DNA of 63,636 bases, the filler included, from Globobulimina sp. (taxonomy: Eukaryota): assembly GCA_003354225.1 (NCBI GenBank). It is 49 parts of 49 records of this genome, joined end to end, with 100 filler letters (N's around TTAATTAATTAA, not from the genome) between each part and the next. Parts side by side here need not be neighbours in the genome. Positions count along the whole stretch, not along the records: positions 61,137 to 62,336 come from PIVH01021129.1; positions 62,437 to 63,636 come from PIVH01021130.1; 47 more parts are not named here. One strand, 5' to 3'. The notes under the pieces were generated by a model, which had not been told where the DNA came from, searched no databases, and saw nothing but the letters and a program-made list of their open reading frames with translations. This document shows, one piece after another, positions 61,037 to 63,636 of the stretch (its first letter is position 1; each line of letters opens with the position of its first letter). Position numbers and translations under genes: made by a program.

Positions 61037-61632
61037 NNNNNNNNNNNNNNNNNNNNNNNNNNNNNNNNNNNNNNNNNNNNTTAATTAATTAANNNNNNNN
61101 NNNNNNNNNNNNNNNNNNNNNNNNNNNNNNNNNNNNCACAATGATCCAACCCCCATTCACTGAACACATAAAAAAATGTTGATTTTTTTATAGATTTTCC
61201 CTTTTAAATGAACCAAATGTAATATAGCATTTATCATTCAATACTGAACCTAATTTCAAATTCCTTTCAGGATGAATTTGTTATCAGCTTCTTGCATTTC
61301 CAAAAATATAAAATATTCGCCAGCTTGAGTACTACAACATGCATATACTTGGTAATATGGGTGCCATTATGCGATTTTTCAAAATAGCAATTTTTCAAAA
61401 TATGCAGTTTTTGAAAATTACAATTATTTTACTGACATGATATCAACACCAATGCTACAGTGTGTCAGATTTAGGATTGAATTTTGTGGAATATCAACTT
61501 TCGAATATGTATTAGTCACATACTGCAATATAAAAGAAATTACAATGGCCAATTCAATTAAAATAACTGCTACATTCAATGATTTTTCTGTTTAGTATTG
61601 ATGGTAAAATACAGAATAGATGAAAGAAAATC

Positions 61633-62334
61633 TTATTTATTTCTGTTTAATATCATATTATTATGCACTTTACAATCTATTTTATCGCACACGAAGTCTT
61701 TTATGTTAAAGCTTGACGCAACACTGTAATTGAGAGTTAATTCATCACCCTTTGAAATATTTTTATTCGCAATGAATGCAGCATGTTTCATATTCTTCAC
61801 TTTTATTATACGCAATGTCAAATTGGGATCACAATCATGATTGACAAACATGGATTCATTACCATGTTTATATGCGGATACATAATGGTCATCTTCAATA
61901 TACATATGATATTGGGTGTTTTGCTGTTTTTCTTCATCGATCTCTTTTGTATTCATATGATATCCAATATATTCTGTCATCAATTCTCCATTGGCCACAT
62001 CCCTTCCAGCAAATGCACCAACACCTTTTGTAACAGTTTTTTTCAATTCTATCGGAGCAAATATGTGCTTTGTCAATCGCATATTTCCACAATAATCACC
62101 CCAATTACAATTGCTCTCATTACATTCAATATTATAGCCTGCATTTAAACATTGATTTGGTGCATATTCATACGGAACACATGGAGATTCGCAGTCGCAT
62201 TTCTCTTTTGATTTTTTGTTATGTTTATGTGTGTTATGTTTATTTTTGTTATATTTAAATTTATCAAAGTTATTACGTTTCATATAACGTGTATTTGTTT
62301 GACTAAAAATTTCTTGATTTGCGCATTCAAATGG
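61633..62334 (-). CDS. AWS-SET domain histone lysine methyltransferase (SET2/NSD/ASH1-like), divergent
   Basis: CLN..YNIEC..C..GDYCGN, GVGAFA, EYIG, GNESMFVNHDCDPN, GDELTLNY; post-SET is atypical. Confidence 0.88.
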   Translation of the reverse strand, partial: PFECANQEIFSQTNTRYMKRNNFDKFKYNKNKHNTHKHNKKSKEKCDCESPCVPYEYAPNQCLNAGYNIECNESNCNWGDYCGNMRLTKHIFAPIELKKTVTKGVGAFAGRDVANGELMTEYIGYHMNTKEIDEEKQQNTQYHMYIEDDHYVSAYKHGNESMFVNHDCDPNLTLRIIKVKNMKHAAFIANKNISKGDELTLNYSVASSFNIKDFVCDKIDCKVHNNMILNRNK

Positions 62335-62436
62335 GTNNNNNNNNNNNNNNNNNNNNNNNNNNNNNNNNNNNNNNNNNNNNTTAATTAATTAANNNNNNNN
62401 NNNNNNNNNNNNNNNNNNNNNNNNNNNNNNNNNNNN

Positions 62437-63636
62437 CAACAAATTATCAATGGCGCCTACGGACCCATTAAAGTTAAACTATTTTACATAAATTAATTAC
62501 GTTTTTGTTAACATGTATACAATATATATACAGCGAGTAATGTGTTTGTTTGATTCGTTATACGGTGATCTGTCCAAAGAAAACGACTTTATTGACCGTA
62601 TTATTCGCTCCATACAAACCACCACGAAAAATGTCAACAAACAGCATCAATTTATGCTGTGGTACAATTTAATTGATTGTATGGTGAAGGGAGGCAAAGC
62701 CAAACGCTTTCCTTTGATCAATGACCAAAATGTACCCATAACACGGTCCGAAGCCTTTCATCGCAAATTTAATGTCGATTCCTTATTCTTACGCTTGATT
62801 CAAATCGATGTCTGCATTGAGGAAGTAACCAAAATCAGCCGGTGTATGCAAATGGAAAAACAAGGATTTTGGATCATATCTGAGCTGTTATTATTAGGCG
62901 ATCGGAATCCCACTCATTGCCAGGATATGTTTCATAAAAGTAACGGTATGTTGGCCATATTCAAACCGCATTATAAGGCAGCGATGCTGTCCAATCGTGG
63001 CAAATTAGATTTAATATTACATTCACAAAAAAATCCCTTCCTTGCCATGTTATCCATGTATAAAATATTAAAACCGACGCATACCAATGATCTAACTGTG
63101 TTCGCTCAATATATGGCACGCTTTGTCGATCAATTTACACCTTCTAATAAACCAATGTCTGGCAATCATATTATCAAATATTTCCATAACATCTTAGCCG
63201 AGGATCAAATCATTGCAAAGAACCAACAATTAACAAATTCGATATTAAATAATGATTCGTTATGTTGGCGACAGGAATTTCTCCCATACATTGTACCCAT
63301 ATTATCCATGACCGGCACCCATATCAATCAAAATGACGCAGTGTACGACCGGTTGAAGAAAGTATATTTATTATACTGGCAGCATCAAGGCTTATTATCC
63401 ACGATCATTGAGCTAATTGTCAAGGAGCAGTTGCATATTGACCCATTGGTGGAAGTCATACATGAAGAAAGTGCACGGATTGCAAATATTAGTTTTGAAG
63501 AATGGTTAGAGATCATCGCACACAAACATTCGACGGATGAGATGAAAAACATCCTGGTCAAACATCCTCCGCTGCGATTCAGTAAATTGAAAGAGTTTGA
63601 TCACAAATTGTTGGTCAATATATTGGTGGCGTACAA
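62437..63636 (+). CDS. Large hypothetical eukaryotic protein fragment (intron 62473-62533), absent from the ORF track
   Basis: QQIINGAYGPIK spliced in frame to RVMCLFDSL...; open for ~367 codons to the window end. Confidence 0.7.

Noticed and set aside
60478-61092. Repetitive ORFs in the ORF track
   Set aside because: They are translations of tandem repeats on both strands with no coding evidence.
1203-62436. Regularly spaced TTAATTAATTAA palindromes as a biological repeat
   Set aside because: Always embedded in N44 runs; a synthetic contig separator. ORFs ending in X..LIN are artefacts of it.

Overview
This window is not a continuous locus. It is 49 unrelated short contigs (1202 falling to 1200 bp, i.e. 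length-sorted) joined by an artificial 100-bp linker (N44-TTAATTAATTAA-N44), so adjacency across linkers carries no biological meaning. Most contigs are AT-rich eukaryotic gene fragments with short (about 50-60 nt) GT-AG introns. The gene mix (divergent tubulin, RGS/SPRY/RCC1 proteins, a eukaryote-context nitric-oxide-reductase-family gene) best fits a foraminiferan (Rhizaria); this is inference. Bacterial fragments (IS91 transposase, DUF4390 + NtrY-like kinase, STAS, SpoIIE, receiver domain, iron-sulfur flavoprotein) and probable metazoan fragments (receptor guanylyl cyclase exon, possibly the satellites) are mixed in. Several contigs are internal chimeras typical of whole-genome amplification. 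Highlights: (1) an intron-containing globin-RGS fusion, a candidate haem gas sensor wired to heterotrimeric G-protein signalling; (2) a qNOR-family gene whose N-terminal motif resembles the putative NO-dismutase (Nod)-like clade, with a repeated upstream motif; (3) a catalytically intact PPR-E-DYW RNA-editing-type deaminase; (4) an 81-nt element conserved just upstream of two unrelated genes; (5) a DIRS-like tyrosine recombinase, non-LTR retrotransposon pieces, a hammerhead-like core, MITE-like inverted repeats and tRNA-derived elements. All family calls come from motif recognition by eye; no database search was run.
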